Source: Candidatus Latescibacterota bacterium (GTDB taxonomy: Bacteria > Latescibacterota > UBA2968 > SICM01). Taken from it: a DNA stretch of 64,000 nt. The notes beneath the pieces were generated by a model, which had not been told where the DNA came from, did not search any database, and saw only the letters and a list, made by a program, of their open reading frames with translations. The stretch spans positions 4,928,001-4,992,000 of the forward strand of contig CBDCJO010000002.1 in NCBI GenBank assembly GCA_965217865.1, written 5' to 3'. The position numbers and the translations under genes were made by a program. Shown piece after piece: positions 22,245 through 32,747 of this stretch; within the stretch, counting starts at the first letter, position 1, and each line of letters begins with the position of its first letter.

Positions 22245-23045
22245 ATGTATCCGGTTTTATTCCACATCGGTTCCCTGGCCATCAGGACCTACGGGGTGCT
22301 TCTGGCTTTCTCGTTCCTGGCCGGTATATGGCTGGCAAGGAAACGAGCGGAGCGGACGATCATTACATCCGATCAGATTTTGGATCTATCGCTCTATCTG
22401 ATCATCTCGTCGGTGTTGGGGGCACGACTCCTTTACGTGGTGCTTCACTGGGGGGAGTTCTCAGACAACCTCTTTCTGATTGTAAACCCGTTTCAGTCTC
22501 CGGGAGAGTTCGGTGTCTCGGGTCTGGTATTCTATGGTGGTCTCCTTTCCGGAACGCTGACCGGTATCTGGTTCGCTTTTCGAAACGACCTCCCTTTCCG
22601 GGTCCTGGCTGATGTGATGACCCCTTCCATCGCATTAGGACTGGCGATATCGCGGATCGGGTGCTTTCTAAACGCCTGTTGTTTCGGGTTACCGTGCGAG
22701 CAGCCGTGGGGGGTAAGGTTTCCGATCGATAGCGTGGCCGGAAACCTGTTTCACGGTCCCATCCATCCGACACAGATTTATTCATCGGTCGGGGCTGCGT
22801 TTATATTCGGGATCGTGTGGCTCATTGATCGCCACCGTCCTTTTGATGGGTTCAGTTTTTGTGTCTTCCTGGCCTTATATGGGGTTTTGCGGTTCACGGT
22901 GGATTTCTTCCGGTTTTATGATGCCGAATCGATTGTCCGGATCTTCGATATTCCGTTTTCAGTCAATCAGTTGATCAGCCTAGGCTTCTTCATAGCGGCG
23001 TGGGTTGCCTATGTCAAATGGGGGAAAATGAAGAATGAAAAATGA
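22245..23045 (+). CDS. lgt: Prolipoprotein diacylglyceryl transferase
   Basis: GARLLYV, GLVFYGG, RIGCFLN, HPTQIY, RFTVDFFR. Confidence 0.93.
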   Translation: MYPVLFHIGSLAIRTYGVLLAFSFLAGIWLARKRAERTIITSDQILDLSLYLIISSVLGARLLYVVLHWGEFSDNLFLIVNPFQSPGEFGVSGLVFYGGLLSGTLTGIWFAFRNDLPFRVLADVMTPSIALGLAISRIGCFLNACCFGLPCEQPWGVRFPIDSVAGNLFHGPIHPTQIYSSVGAAFIFGIVWLIDRHRPFDGFSFCVFLALYGVLRFTVDFFRFYDAESIVRIFDIPFSVNQLISLGFFIAAWVAYVKWGKMKNEK

Positions 23046-23099
23046 AGGTTCGAAATCCCGGAATTCGAGTTTTTCACTCCGAAATCCGCTGAGTGTTCG

Positions 23100-23964
23100 T
23101 TGATGGAAGGCGAGGTCTTTGAAAACGGGCCCCACGCAGACCCTGAAACTGGATCTGATCTATCGGATGAGCCCGGAATTCGTTATCCCACCCTATCCCA
23201 GATCGCTGTCCTGATCTGTCTGCTTCCCTTCTCCTTCCTGATTCAAGGTGCCTTCTATCCTGACTTTCCCAGGCTCTCCGTCGTTGCCAGCGGGGCTTCC
23301 ATCATATTGCTCGTCAGTTTTGCTGATCAGGCGTTGGGGTATGGCGTGGAGAGAAGCCCTTATGATAAAGGGAATCGATGCCGGGGTGGCGTTTTCCGCC
23401 GTTCTGACGACCGGGGCCCTAGGCGTCGTCCTGGCCGAGGTTCAAGCCCTGACGTCCCCGTATTTTCCCCCTATGCCCCTGGATCTTGTGGAATCCACGA
23501 GAGCGCTGGCGACCGTGCAAAATGGGAGGGACCTTATCGCGGTGGTATTGGCGTTGGTATTGTTTCCGGCAGTCTCAGAGGAGATGCTTTTCCGGGGTTT
23601 GATCCTGAGGGGGCTGTGCGGGCGCTTCGGCCCGATCGCGGGTGTCGTGGGTTCTGGAGTCCTGTTCGCCCTGGTTCACCTGAATCCATGGCAGTTGCTT
23701 CCACTGTCTCTGATCGGGATCTTTATCGGTTTCATCGTATACAGGACAGGAAGTCTCTACACAGGAATCATCGCGCACGGGGCAAACAACCTTTTTTCTA
23801 TCGCGGCCCTCAATATGGGCCCTGGAATCGGTTCAGACACGATTCAACCCTCATGTCACCTTCCCTTTATCATAGTCGTTGGTGCCCTCCTGTTGTTTTT
23901 AGCTGGTACGGCAAGTTTTATTTACACGCCGAAAAAAACGTGTGGGGGACCAGCTACCGGTTAA
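23100..23964 (+). pseudogene. CPBP (CAAX/Abi) intramembrane protease, frameshifted near 23330
   Basis: EEMLFRG, FALVH, HGANN in the 23248 frame; N-terminal TM segment in the 23100 frame. Confidence 0.75.
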
Positions 23965-24061
23965 TTTGGAAACCCAGGTGTGGTTAGGAATGATGAAAAT
24001 TGGAAGGTGTGGGATGTGAGGAGTGGACGAACAAGCAGAGGAAGTGAACACGGATGACGAC

Positions 24062-25204
24062 TCACGAACGGCGAGAGACGGGATCCCGGGCCATCAATTT
24101 GATAAACGTTTCGAACAGATAGGCGGCGTCGTGGGGTCCAGCGGACGCCTCGGGATGATACTGAACGGAGAAGATCGGAAGATTCCGGTGGCGCATCCCT
24201 TCCAGAGTTCCATCGTTCAGGTTGATGTGTGTCAATTCGACTTCATCCCGGTTCAGGGAGTCCGGATCAACCGCGAAACCGTGGTTCTGGGCGGTGATCT
24301 CGACTTTTCCGGTGTCGAGTTTCCGAACCGGCTGGTTTGCTCCACGGTGCCCGAACTTGAGTTTGTAGGTCCGGCCTCCCAAGGCAAGGCCGAGGAGCTG
24401 GTGTCCCAGGCAGATGCCGAAGATGGGTTTTTTACCGAATAACCAGCGGATGTTTTCCACAGCGTAAGGGAGTCCCTCGGGGTCTCCAGGGCCGTTGGAG
24501 AGAAAAACCCCATCGGGGTCGGTTTCCAGGAGTTGCTCCGGTTCGGCAGATGCGGGAAAGATGGTTACGTCGCAACCGGATTGAACCAGGTTGCGGAGAA
24601 TGTTCTGCTTGATCCCATAGTCGTACGCGGACACCCGGAAGCGGCGATTTCCGATCGGTTGCGGTTTGTCTTTTAAGACGTCAAAAAGGCCCTGATCCCA
24701 TCTGTAGGACTCCTGACACGTAACCTCCCGGACCAGGTCCCGGCCGATGAGTCCGGGTGATGCCTTGGCCTTGCGGACCAGGCTTTCCGGGTCGAGATCC
24801 ACGGACGAAAGGACCCCTTTCATAGCGCCCACCGTCCGAGTTCGTTTGGTGAGTGCCCGCGTGTCGATCCCTTCAATACCGACGATATTGTAGCGTTTCA
24901 GAAAGTCCCCGAGGCTCTCCCGGCTGCGCCAGTTGCAGGGAAAGTCGCAATACTCCCTCACGGCGAAACCCTCTACACAGGGGCCCTTTGACTCAAAGTC
25001 GTTGGGGTTAACCCCGTAATTACCGATGAGGGGATAGGTCATCGTCACGATCTGCCCCTTGTACGAGGGATCGGTAAGTATCTCCTGGTATCCGGTCATA
25101 CTGGTGTTGAACACCACTTCACCCTCCTTTTCTCCCTCCGCCCCAAACGAACGACCTTCGAAAATCGCCCCGTCCTCCAGTGCCAGTAACGCTTTCTTGA
25201 TCAT
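24062..25204 (-). CDS. carA: Carbamoyl-phosphate synthase small subunit
   Basis: [35 protein letters not shown]. Confidence 0.98.
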   Translation of the reverse strand: MIKKALLALEDGAIFEGRSFGAEGEKEGEVVFNTSMTGYQEILTDPSYKGQIVTMTYPLIGNYGVNPNDFESKGPCVEGFAVREYCDFPCNWRSRESLGDFLKRYNIVGIEGIDTRALTKRTRTVGAMKGVLSSVDLDPESLVRKAKASPGLIGRDLVREVTCQESYRWDQGLFDVLKDKPQPIGNRRFRVSAYDYGIKQNILRNLVQSGCDVTIFPASAEPEQLLETDPDGVFLSNGPGDPEGLPYAVENIRWLFGKKPIFGICLGHQLLGLALGGRTYKLKFGHRGANQPVRKLDTGKVEITAQNHGFAVDPDSLNRDEVELTHINLNDGTLEGMRHRNLPIFSVQYHPEASAGPHDAAYLFETFIKLMARDPVSRRS

Positions 25205-25290
25205 GGGATCCCCGGTTCGTGTTGTATGATGATATATATTCTAATTATTAGAATATATATGACTATAATTACCCAATTAAAAAGGGTATG

Positions 25291-26541
25291 TCAAGAATAA
25301 TTATTATATTCTCTTGGAAATCTTTTAGTAACGGTGTGTTTTAACCCTGGATCAGCCCCTTTGAAGCCACAATAATGCAAAGCGGTCAAGGCATAGACGA
25401 GTGCGATCCGCTCAAGCTCGTCGATTGGGACCCATTCGTTCTGGGTATGGGCCCCTCTGGCGTTTGGGCCGTGGGTGATCGGCGGTATTCCCCCTACGAC
25501 GGAAAATGAGTTGCCGTCGTCCAAGATGGGTTTTCCGCCCAGGGGAAGAGGGCGGCCGGAAACGGCCGTGTGAGCGGCCTGAAATGAGGTTACTATCGCG
25601 TCGGTGGGATCGATATGAAAGGCATCGCCATAAACCTCGAAATCGAGCGAAATGATCGTCCGACTGGCCGCAGCAAGCTGATCCAGGATTGTTTGAAACT
25701 CCTCCCTGATGGCCTTGGCCGTACCGGGGGTGATCCAACGCCGCGTTCCGTTTAATCGGCACTCTACAGGAGACTGATTGTAGATTTCACCCGCGGTGAA
25801 TTTGCCGATAAAGACCGAATCGACCCCCGCGTAGCGATGGGTCGTCTCTTTGAGCTTGTCGTCCAATTTTCGGAGTTTTAGGACCAATTCGGCGCCGGTC
25901 CCGATGACATCCGGCAGATCCGACGGACGCAGGACTTCGTGGACGGGCTCGCCCGCTCGTCGGATGAGAACCTCGAAGATGGCCGTACCTCGTCCGGCGA
26001 TCGGCAAGCGATCGGAGAGGTACTCCGGTAGGAGGACGGCGTCCCCCACATAACCGGATTCGATCAAGGCGAGAAGCTGGCGACGATCCCCAGGTACTTC
26101 GTGGTGATCGTGAGCCGTCAAGAGGATGCCCCCCTGTCCCATGGCCCCGGTCTCCCGGAGAATCCGGAGGGATTCAACGAAGGCCGCAATTCCGCCTTTC
26201 ATGTCGGAGGAACCCGATCCGTAGAGGATCCCATCTTCGACACGGGGGGGGACAAAGGGAAGGTGAACGGTATCCAGATGGCCGTCGAATTGGAGGGTAC
26301 GGCCCGGAGTCCCGGTTTCAAACCGGACAACGACGGCCGGGGCCTCCGGCCAATTCGCAACGGGTCTTTCGACGATAAAACCGTCTTGCCGTAGGATTTC
26401 GGACAGACGATCGGCCACGGGACCCGCGCTTCGCGAAGGGCTCGGAACTTCAACGAGGGCGATAGCCGTTTCCAGGAGGCGCTTATGATTCAGCCCCTTC
26501 TTGATTTTTTCGATCAGTTTATCGGGTAATGAAATATCCAT
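25291..26541 (-). CDS. M20/ArgE-DapE family amidohydrolase
   Basis: GHLDTV, GSSDMKGG, GAHTQNE. Confidence 0.85.
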   Translation of the reverse strand: MDISLPDKLIEKIKKGLNHKRLLETAIALVEVPSPSRSAGPVADRLSEILRQDGFIVERPVANWPEAPAVVVRFETGTPGRTLQFDGHLDTVHLPFVPPRVEDGILYGSGSSDMKGGIAAFVESLRILRETGAMGQGGILLTAHDHHEVPGDRRQLLALIESGYVGDAVLLPEYLSDRLPIAGRGTAIFEVLIRRAGEPVHEVLRPSDLPDVIGTGAELVLKLRKLDDKLKETTHRYAGVDSVFIGKFTAGEIYNQSPVECRLNGTRRWITPGTAKAIREEFQTILDQLAAASRTIISLDFEVYGDAFHIDPTDAIVTSFQAAHTAVSGRPLPLGGKPILDDGNSFSVVGGIPPITHGPNARGAHTQNEWVPIDELERIALVYALTALHYCGFKGADPGLKHTVTKRFPREYNNYS

Positions 26542-26570
26542 CGGGGCTTCGAGCGGCTTTCCGGGGGAGA

Positions 26571-27458
26571 TCAGGCGAAGCTCTTGAAATATTCGAGAAA
26601 CCGTTTCGCATATCTATCGAGGTTGGCCAGGGAGCCCCCGCCGTCGAGCATAGAGCACATTTCATATCCCACGTACCCGGTGTAGCCGACCTGTTTCAGA
26701 GTCTCGAAGAAGGTCGCATAATCGACGTCTCCCTCGCCTACGGGAACGGCCCTGGCCTGGTCCCTCGACCGATCGTAGTTAACGATCTGGGGACGATAGA
26801 TAAACCTGGGCCTCAGGGTGTAATCCGCGACGGTGGTGTGAACGATGAAGGGGGCCATTTTACGCACGGCACGGGCAACGTCATCACCTTGAAGGAACAA
26901 CGTTCAGGCGTCGAACATGGATTTGCAATTCGGGTGATCGATCTCCTCAAGGAGGGCGTAGAGACTCTCGTAGTGGGATGCAAGGTCGTGGTGGTTCTGG
27001 ACGCCGATTGTGACGCCGAAGTCGGACGCACGCCGGGCACACTCCCGAAGGGCCCCCACGGTGCGATCCCAAAGCTCATCATAGCTCAACTCTGGACGTT
27101 CGAAGGCGGTGAAAACCCGGATAAGATCCGTCCCCAAGTCCCTGGCGAGGCGGGCAAGTTCTGTCACGTGAGCGATCTGCATCTCGATGATGGGCACGTC
27201 CGGACGGTCCGCTCCGGCACCGAAGTCGGTGTAGCCCGCCAGGCAGGCCAGTCCGATATTCTTGTCCCTGAGCTGGCCACGAAGACGGGCGCGGTCTTCC
27301 TGGTTCAAGTCGAGGACAGACCCGTGGGGACGTTTGGCCATCAGCATGATCCCGTCGTATCCGAATTCCGATGCCCGTTCTATGATTTGTTCAACGGTCA
27401 GGCGTTCCTGTCCGATCCAAACGCCGGCATAGCCGATGGTGTGAAGGGCCGTTTTCAA
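26571..27458 (-). pseudogene. Sugar phosphate isomerase/epimerase (AP_endonuc_2) with in-frame TGA at 26904-26906
   Basis: ORFs 26904-27458 and 26571-26900 are in the same frame: FDA*TLFLQG; GEGDVDY, GYVGYE. Confidence 0.8.
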
Positions 27459-27528
27459 ATAGGGATTCCGGTTTTGGAGGGGTTAAAAAGGAAATGGAAA
27501 ATGGAAAATGAAAAATGGAAATTGCAAG

Positions 27529-27990
27529 GTCGCGCCCAAAACCGATATTATGATTCAGGTACTGAGGGTTCAGGTAGACTCCGTAATTGGAGAGTCATTT
27601 TGTTTGCTTCCAACCCCTCCCCCCAGGTCGCCCTTTTTCTTGCTCATCCTAGAAAAAGGGCTGAAAAAGAAGGATCCTTCGACTACGCAGCGCTGGGGCG
27701 CTGCTCCGCTCAGGACAGGCTCTGCTCAAACGCCGCGGAGGCTGGGCGCGCCTAAGCCCGGACTGTAGATGACATTCAGGATTTTGTGTGGTTCCGAGAG
27801 GGATCGTGGCTTAACCGGGCCCTGGTGGAACGTTAAAAAGGAGGGACAGAGTCGCGCCCAAAAACCGATAATATGACTCAGGTTTTGAGGGTTCAGGTAG
27901 ACTCCGTAATTGGAGGGTCATTTTGTTTGTGCCCACTCCCCCCAAGTTCGCGTCGCGCCCAAAAACCGATAATATGATTCAGGTACTGAG
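27529..27990. repeat. About 78-bp direct repeat x2 plus partial third copy
   Basis: GTCGCGCCCAAAA(A)CCGATA.TATGA.TCAGGT...CAGGTAGACTCCGTAATTGGAG.GTCATTTTGTTTG at 27529, 27851 and partial at 27952. Confidence 0.85.
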
Positions 27991-28041
27991 AGTACGGAGA
28001 TCCTTCGACTGCGCGGCAAAAACCGCCGCTCCGCTCAGGAC
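27673..28041. repeat. Two REP-like GATCCTTCGACT...CTCCGCTCAGGAC elements
   Basis: Copies at 27673-27715 and 27999-28041, each with an internal hairpin. Confidence 0.7.
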
Positions 28042-28091
28042 GTGGCTTTCGAAACCATCCCCTAGGTTAAGGCACCCCGATCCCCTCAGGG

Positions 28092-29570
28092 TCAACCGCC
28101 TCCCAGCCAATTCAAAAGCGGAAGGATGTCGTCGTATACCGCCCGGGCCCCGAAGAAGGTGAAAATAATTCCGCAGATGAGGTTGAGAATCAGAAGGGGC
28201 CTCCCCATCTGAAAGGGTTTGGGCAGGAACTTTCGATCCGTCCAGATCATGGCAAAGCACCACGGTCCGGCAAGAAGAACCCCTGTGATATGAAGGGGGA
28301 TGGTCATGATGGAGATGGGGTCCCACCCGACTCCGAGGGGATCGTTTACGGCGGTCCACCAGGCATAGAGGACCATTCCAATGGCCCCCACCCCGGCATA
28401 GATCAGGGTCGAAAGCCTTATCCTTGCGAGCGGGAGATCCCGCCACTTTGGGACGGAAACCCGGATACATTCGTGGGCGGTTCGAACGTAGAGTTCAAAC
28501 GCACCATAAACCGTACCCATGATGGCGAAGAAGATCCCCCCTTTATAAAGGATCTCCAAGAGGGTTTGGGCCAGGGTATTGGGATGTAATTGCGTCAGGA
28601 AAACCACCTGATGGTTGTAGAGATCCATCCCGCTGGGAGCGAGCTGCCTTGGATGCAACAAGGACGCCCCGAGGATAAGAAAAGCGAAGGTGAAGACCAG
28701 GACACACGAGAAGGAAGTGATGTTGTCGATAAGCGGGGCCCTCAGCCAGTTCAGTCCCATGCGAACGTTTGCGGGGTCCTCGGATAACGGGATCCGTTCG
28801 ATTTCTGAACCCGTTTGGGACCTTCGCCCGATCAGGCCCCATGCCTTCTCCCGCAACATTCCCACATATCCGAGGTAATCCTGCACGCCCCCTCCCATAA
28901 CACCCATGTAGGCGACCAACTCGATGATCAGTGTCCGCCTTGCGATATCCGGGTAGTTGACGACCCAATCCGGGTATTGGGGGAGTGTCGGGATGAATGC
29001 GCCTGCGACGGCTGCCCCCCAGTCGGGTTTGGCTGCGAAGGCCGCGATGATCATGACGAAAAGCATGATGCCGACGAAGGAAGTCTGGACTTTTTCCAGG
29101 AATCCGTAACTCTGGAGAAGGGTCAGGACGATGAGCAGAACGATCGATCCGATTGCGATGGGGTGGGCGTAAAGGTGAGGATCACCGAAAAGGGCCCAGG
29201 AGGCGATCGAGCCCAACATGATGGGCAGACTCGAGAGATAAAACGGAAAGGCTACGATAACGACCAAGCCGGTAAAGGCGGGGAACCAAGCTCGCGGTCC
29301 GGGGAGAAAAGCCCAGCGTTCTATCGGATGCTCTCCCGTCAGGGTCATGTAACGGGCGGCAGTATAAACCTGGATGCCCTTTGTCAGGCAAAAGAGGCTG
29401 AATGCCCAGAATAGGGAATACCCGAAGATCGCCCCGCTCCGTGAAGCCCAAAGGGTTTCTCCACTTCCGATGGTGACCGATGCGATAATCGCGCCCGGTC
29501 CGAAAAACTTCATAAAATCGGTTAGTCGCTTGGATCTGAGCTCGGGAAAACGGAGCTTATTTTCTTCCAT
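28092..29570 (-). CDS. Nramp/APC-superfamily transporter
   Basis: GPGAIIASVTIGSGE, about 11 TM segments. Confidence 0.8.
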   Translation of the reverse strand: MEENKLRFPELRSKRLTDFMKFFGPGAIIASVTIGSGETLWASRSGAIFGYSLFWAFSLFCLTKGIQVYTAARYMTLTGEHPIERWAFLPGPRAWFPAFTGLVVIVAFPFYLSSLPIMLGSIASWALFGDPHLYAHPIAIGSIVLLIVLTLLQSYGFLEKVQTSFVGIMLFVMIIAAFAAKPDWGAAVAGAFIPTLPQYPDWVVNYPDIARRTLIIELVAYMGVMGGGVQDYLGYVGMLREKAWGLIGRRSQTGSEIERIPLSEDPANVRMGLNWLRAPLIDNITSFSCVLVFTFAFLILGASLLHPRQLAPSGMDLYNHQVVFLTQLHPNTLAQTLLEILYKGGIFFAIMGTVYGAFELYVRTAHECIRVSVPKWRDLPLARIRLSTLIYAGVGAIGMVLYAWWTAVNDPLGVGWDPISIMTIPLHITGVLLAGPWCFAMIWTDRKFLPKPFQMGRPLLILNLICGIIFTFFGARAVYDDILPLLNWLGGG

Positions 29571-29752
29571 TTAGGGTTTCCTTTATCAACGTGAAACCGA
29601 CCCACGGGACGGAAATTACACGGATTTGATTCCAAATCGAGCCTTAATAAAATGAATATGGAATCTGAAAGAAAGATAAAAATGGTCACGAATCCTCAGA
29701 TCTTTCCATCCTCCATTTATGTCCCCCTTTGACCGGTCCAAATAAAAAACGG

Positions 29753-29781
29753 TTGACACGGCTCAGGCAGTGGGATATATT
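29753..29781 (+). promoter_or_regulatory. Putative sigma70 promoter of bactofilin gene
   Basis: TTGACA-17bp-TATATT. Confidence 0.6.
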
Positions 29782-29842
29782 AACGACGATTGGCGTTTAA
29801 CATCCTCTGTGTATGAAATTTACGTTTGGGATGGAGGTATCG

Positions 29843-30259
29843 ATGGCCAACTCAAAATTTAATGGCCTTGTGACATCATCTGACGGAAAAGGAATCAACA
29901 CAATCCTTGGACGCGGTTCGGTCATTGAGGGAAATCTCACCGTACCTAACGGGATACGTGTGGACGGTCACCTCAAGGGCTATCTTTCATCGTCGGGCAT
30001 GTTAATCGTCGGTGAGGTTGGGCTGATCGAGGCTGATCTTAAAGTGAAAGATGTGATGATCAGCGGCAAGATCGTCGGAGATGTCGATGCCGACGGAAAG
30101 GTTCATCTCAAGGCCCAGGCCGTTCTGTTGGGCAAAATCAAGACGCGCCTCCTCATCGTTGAAGAAGGGGCGATATTCAAAGGGGAGTGTGATTCGGGTC
30201 AGGACGTTCAAGTCGCTAAAGCGCCCGCAAGGGTAGAGGTCGCACAGAAGGCTACCTGA
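29843..30259 (+). CDS. Bactofilin (polymer-forming cytoskeletal protein)
   Basis: TILGRGSVIEGNL...IRVDG...LIVEEGAIFKG. Confidence 0.9.
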   Translation: MANSKFNGLVTSSDGKGINTILGRGSVIEGNLTVPNGIRVDGHLKGYLSSSGMLIVGEVGLIEADLKVKDVMISGKIVGDVDADGKVHLKAQAVLLGKIKTRLLIVEEGAIFKGECDSGQDVQVAKAPARVEVAQKAT

Positions 30260-30294
30260 GTAATAAGGAAAATTCCAAATTCGAAATTTCATTC

Positions 30295-30324
30295 AGGCCC
30301 ATCGCAAGATGGGCTTTCTTTTTT
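30295..30324 (+). terminator. Rho-independent terminator
   Basis: AGGCCCATC-GCAA-GATGGGCTT plus T-run. Confidence 0.75.
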
Positions 30325-30407
30325 GCGTCTTCGACTCCGCAATAAAACGCTCCCATGTCCGAGGTGATTCAAATTTAAGATAAAAATCAGGGGATCGTGT
30401 AGAATCG

Positions 30408-31595
30408 ATGAAGGAACCTGTTTTCGACTCACAGAGAGCCCTCGGGCATGCCGCAGCGCTTTCGTACCCCCGACGGGTTGGGAGCCCCGGGGAAGATCGG
30501 GCTTTTCGTTATCTGAAGGGCCGGTTTCTCGATTGTGGGTTGTCCGTATCGGAGGAGCCATTCGGATTCAAGACCTGGCCGTGGGTTCTCCTCAGAATGA
30601 CTTTGGCCTGTTCGGTTGCGATGATCTTGACCGCGGCCTGGTCGGTCGGTTGGCATCCCCTCCTGTCCTGTTTTTTAGCAGGCCTGCCACTGGCGATCGG
30701 GTTATTCTCGAACCGATGGGTCCTTCTCCTGCTTTCGAAGGCCGTGCTGGATACGGTGGGGGACGAGGCGTTCCGGTCCCGTAATCTGGTTGCCCGCCGC
30801 CCCGGGTTCACCCGAGGGGAAGGTCCGCTTATCGTTTTGATGGCCCACTACGATTCCAAAGGACAGTGGATCTCTTTAGGGGCACGTATATTTTTATTTT
30901 TGGGTTATGCGATTGGGGGGATCGGATTGTTGATCAGGGCCATCGGCAGGGTGGGGGAAGCCCCCGGAACGATCGATCTCCCTTCCGTGGGTTTCGGACT
31001 CCTCGCGGCTCTCTCGGCTCTGGCGTTATTGCCCATGAGGGCGGATAACCGGTCCCCGGGGGCCGTTGACAATGCCTCGGGAGTCGGGGTTCTGACGTGT
31101 CTTGCGGAGTCCATCGGAAAGGAGCCGGGTCTATTTCCCCATTCTGAGATTCTGTTTGTGGGAACCGGAGCGGAGGAGATGGGCCTGTTGGGGGCTTTTG
31201 CGTTTCTGAGAAAGCACGCCGATGATCTGAAGGGGAAACGGGAGGTCTATGTTCTCAACTTCGATGGTCCGGGTGTGGATGGGAGGATCTACGTTTCCTC
31301 CAAGACCGGCCTGCGGCCGCGTTCCAGACGTCTCGTGCAGATCGTCCTGGAAGCCGGGAGGGACCGAGGGATCGGAATCGGAATGCCGGCTATTGTGATC
31401 GGGGCGATGGCGGATCATTTCCCGTTTGCGGCGGGGGGGATCGAGGCAATTACCTTCTCGGCCGTGGGAAGGGATTCCCTCGTGATCCACACCCCGCGGG
31501 ATACTCCGGAACGATTGAGCGCGGAGGCGATGGGCAAGGTCGGGGGCCTTGCCCTTTCTGTGATCGAAAAGATTGACGAATCCGCCGAGGGATAG
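30408..31595 (+). CDS. Membrane-bound M28 family peptidase
   Basis: AHYDSK, GAVDNASG, GAEEMGLLG, NFD, DHFPF, IHTPRD. Confidence 0.88.
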   Translation: MKEPVFDSQRALGHAAALSYPRRVGSPGEDRAFRYLKGRFLDCGLSVSEEPFGFKTWPWVLLRMTLACSVAMILTAAWSVGWHPLLSCFLAGLPLAIGLFSNRWVLLLLSKAVLDTVGDEAFRSRNLVARRPGFTRGEGPLIVLMAHYDSKGQWISLGARIFLFLGYAIGGIGLLIRAIGRVGEAPGTIDLPSVGFGLLAALSALALLPMRADNRSPGAVDNASGVGVLTCLAESIGKEPGLFPHSEILFVGTGAEEMGLLGAFAFLRKHADDLKGKREVYVLNFDGPGVDGRIYVSSKTGLRPRSRRLVQIVLEAGRDRGIGIGMPAIVIGAMADHFPFAAGGIEAITFSAVGRDSLVIHTPRDTPERLSAEAMGKVGGLALSVIEKIDESAEG

Positions 31596-31708
31596 CGGCA
31601 GCGAGGGCCAATATCCCGGTTGTACAGAGTCCTTAAATTCTGGATGGATTCCCTGCCCTTACTTTAACCAGGAAGATATATTATATTTCTATCGCAAGGG
31701 ATCAACGA

Positions 31709-31891
31709 ATCGTTTTTAGAGGATGATATGCATACCCAGATATCACTCCAAGATCAATGAGATGACACAGTAGTAAAAGGGTGTTAAACAAGCGTTTGGG
31801 CGATCGATTTTTCAATTGAGAATCATAATATGCAGACCGATTTGGCAGTGTTTGCAGTTGCTGGGCAGGTCTGTATAATTAATAGTTGGCT
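31709..31891 (+). repeat. Conserved leader copy A ending in attI-like site
   Basis: Homologous to 42440-42757 and 52522-52746; ends GTATAAT-TAATA-GTTGGCT. Confidence 0.7.
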
Positions 31892-31915
31892 GGCACTGAC
31901 GATCAGAGAGGCATT

Positions 31916-32461
31916 ATGAAGAACCGAACGATCGAGAACCCGATTATCAAGGATAAAGTGACGTTCGTGAAGACCTCCGCGGAAACCGGTGGTGAGTTCT
32001 CCGAAATTGTCGTTGAACTGTCAGCGAAAGGTGGGAATGAACCTCACTTTCACACTTCGTTCTCGGAGTCGTTTACTCCGATAGAAGGTCAACTTGGAGT
32101 TCTGGTCGGTGGCAGGCGCAGCATTTTGAGACCAGGCGACACTGCGACCGTTCCGCCCGGAGTGGTGCATTGCTTCTTCAATCCATCCGATGATGTCGTG
32201 AAGTTCAAAGGGGAGGCGCGACCGGGGCATCAAGGACTTGAGCGGTTCGCGCAGATAGCGTACGGGTTGGCTCGGGACGGCCACGTAAACAAAAAGGGTT
32301 ATCCGAACAAGCTGTCCCACGTAGCGTTGCTGATGGAGATGGGTGATGTGCGTATATCGGGGTTGCCGTTCAAATTGCTGGCTCCGCTATTCCGTTGGGT
32401 TGCACGCCGCGCGCGGGCTCGTGGGGTCGAAGATGCGTTGGTAGATCGATATTGTACTTGA
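31916..32461 (+). CDS. Cupin-domain protein (gene cassette)
   Basis: PHFH...E...VPPGVVHCFFN; bounded by GTTGGCT and attC. Confidence 0.85.
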   Translation: MKNRTIENPIIKDKVTFVKTSAETGGEFSEIVVELSAKGGNEPHFHTSFSESFTPIEGQLGVLVGGRRSILRPGDTATVPPGVVHCFFNPSDDVVKFKGEARPGHQGLERFAQIAYGLARDGHVNKKGYPNKLSHVALLMEMGDVRISGLPFKLLAPLFRWVARRARARGVEDALVDRYCT

Positions 32462-32467
32462 CTTGAC

Positions 32468-32603
32468 AGCTAACCAGCGCATGCAGCCGACCCGAAACGC
32501 TGTGTCGTGGATTCAGTGTTTGGGTGTTCCGCAGAAGTTTTAGTTTGTAAATTAGAGTCAGCCTCTCCGCAATTTCGGGCGGCTGATCCGCAGTCCGTTA
32601 TAC
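32468..32603 (+). other. attC site
   Basis: AGCTAAC...GTTATAC; CAGCCGACCCGAAA pairs with TTTCGGGCGGCTG leaving an extra-helical base. Confidence 0.85.
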
Positions 32604-32747
32604 ATATAGGAAAAGTGAACTCAAAATCATGAACGAAGGTCAGACACTCGCACACTATACGATTATCCGACCACTTGGCAAAGGCGGTACGGGTGAGCTC
32701 TATCTTGCGCATGCACGCAGAATGGGAAAGAAAGGCGTCGTGATCCG

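Noticed and set aside
26904-26906. TGA recoding (Trp or selenocysteine) / TAG readthrough at 53866
   Set aside because: Many conserved genes (thiC, purN, mtnA, carA) end properly at TGA and others at TAG; no SECIS-like context seen; expected residue is Trp
26529-27755. 408-aa + strand ORF
   Set aside because: Antisense shadow of the epimerase running into repeats
27529-27990. CRISPR array
   Set aside because: Repeat is about 78 bp with irregular spacing and only 2.5 copies
31596-31880. Integron integrase or remnant upstream of the array
   Set aside because: No ORF with tyrosine-recombinase R-H-R-Y motifs on either strand in the ORF track
31871-31886. LexA box in the leader
   Set aside because: CTGT-N7-ATAG does not fit CTGT-N8-ACAG, and the LexA motif of this lineage is unknown
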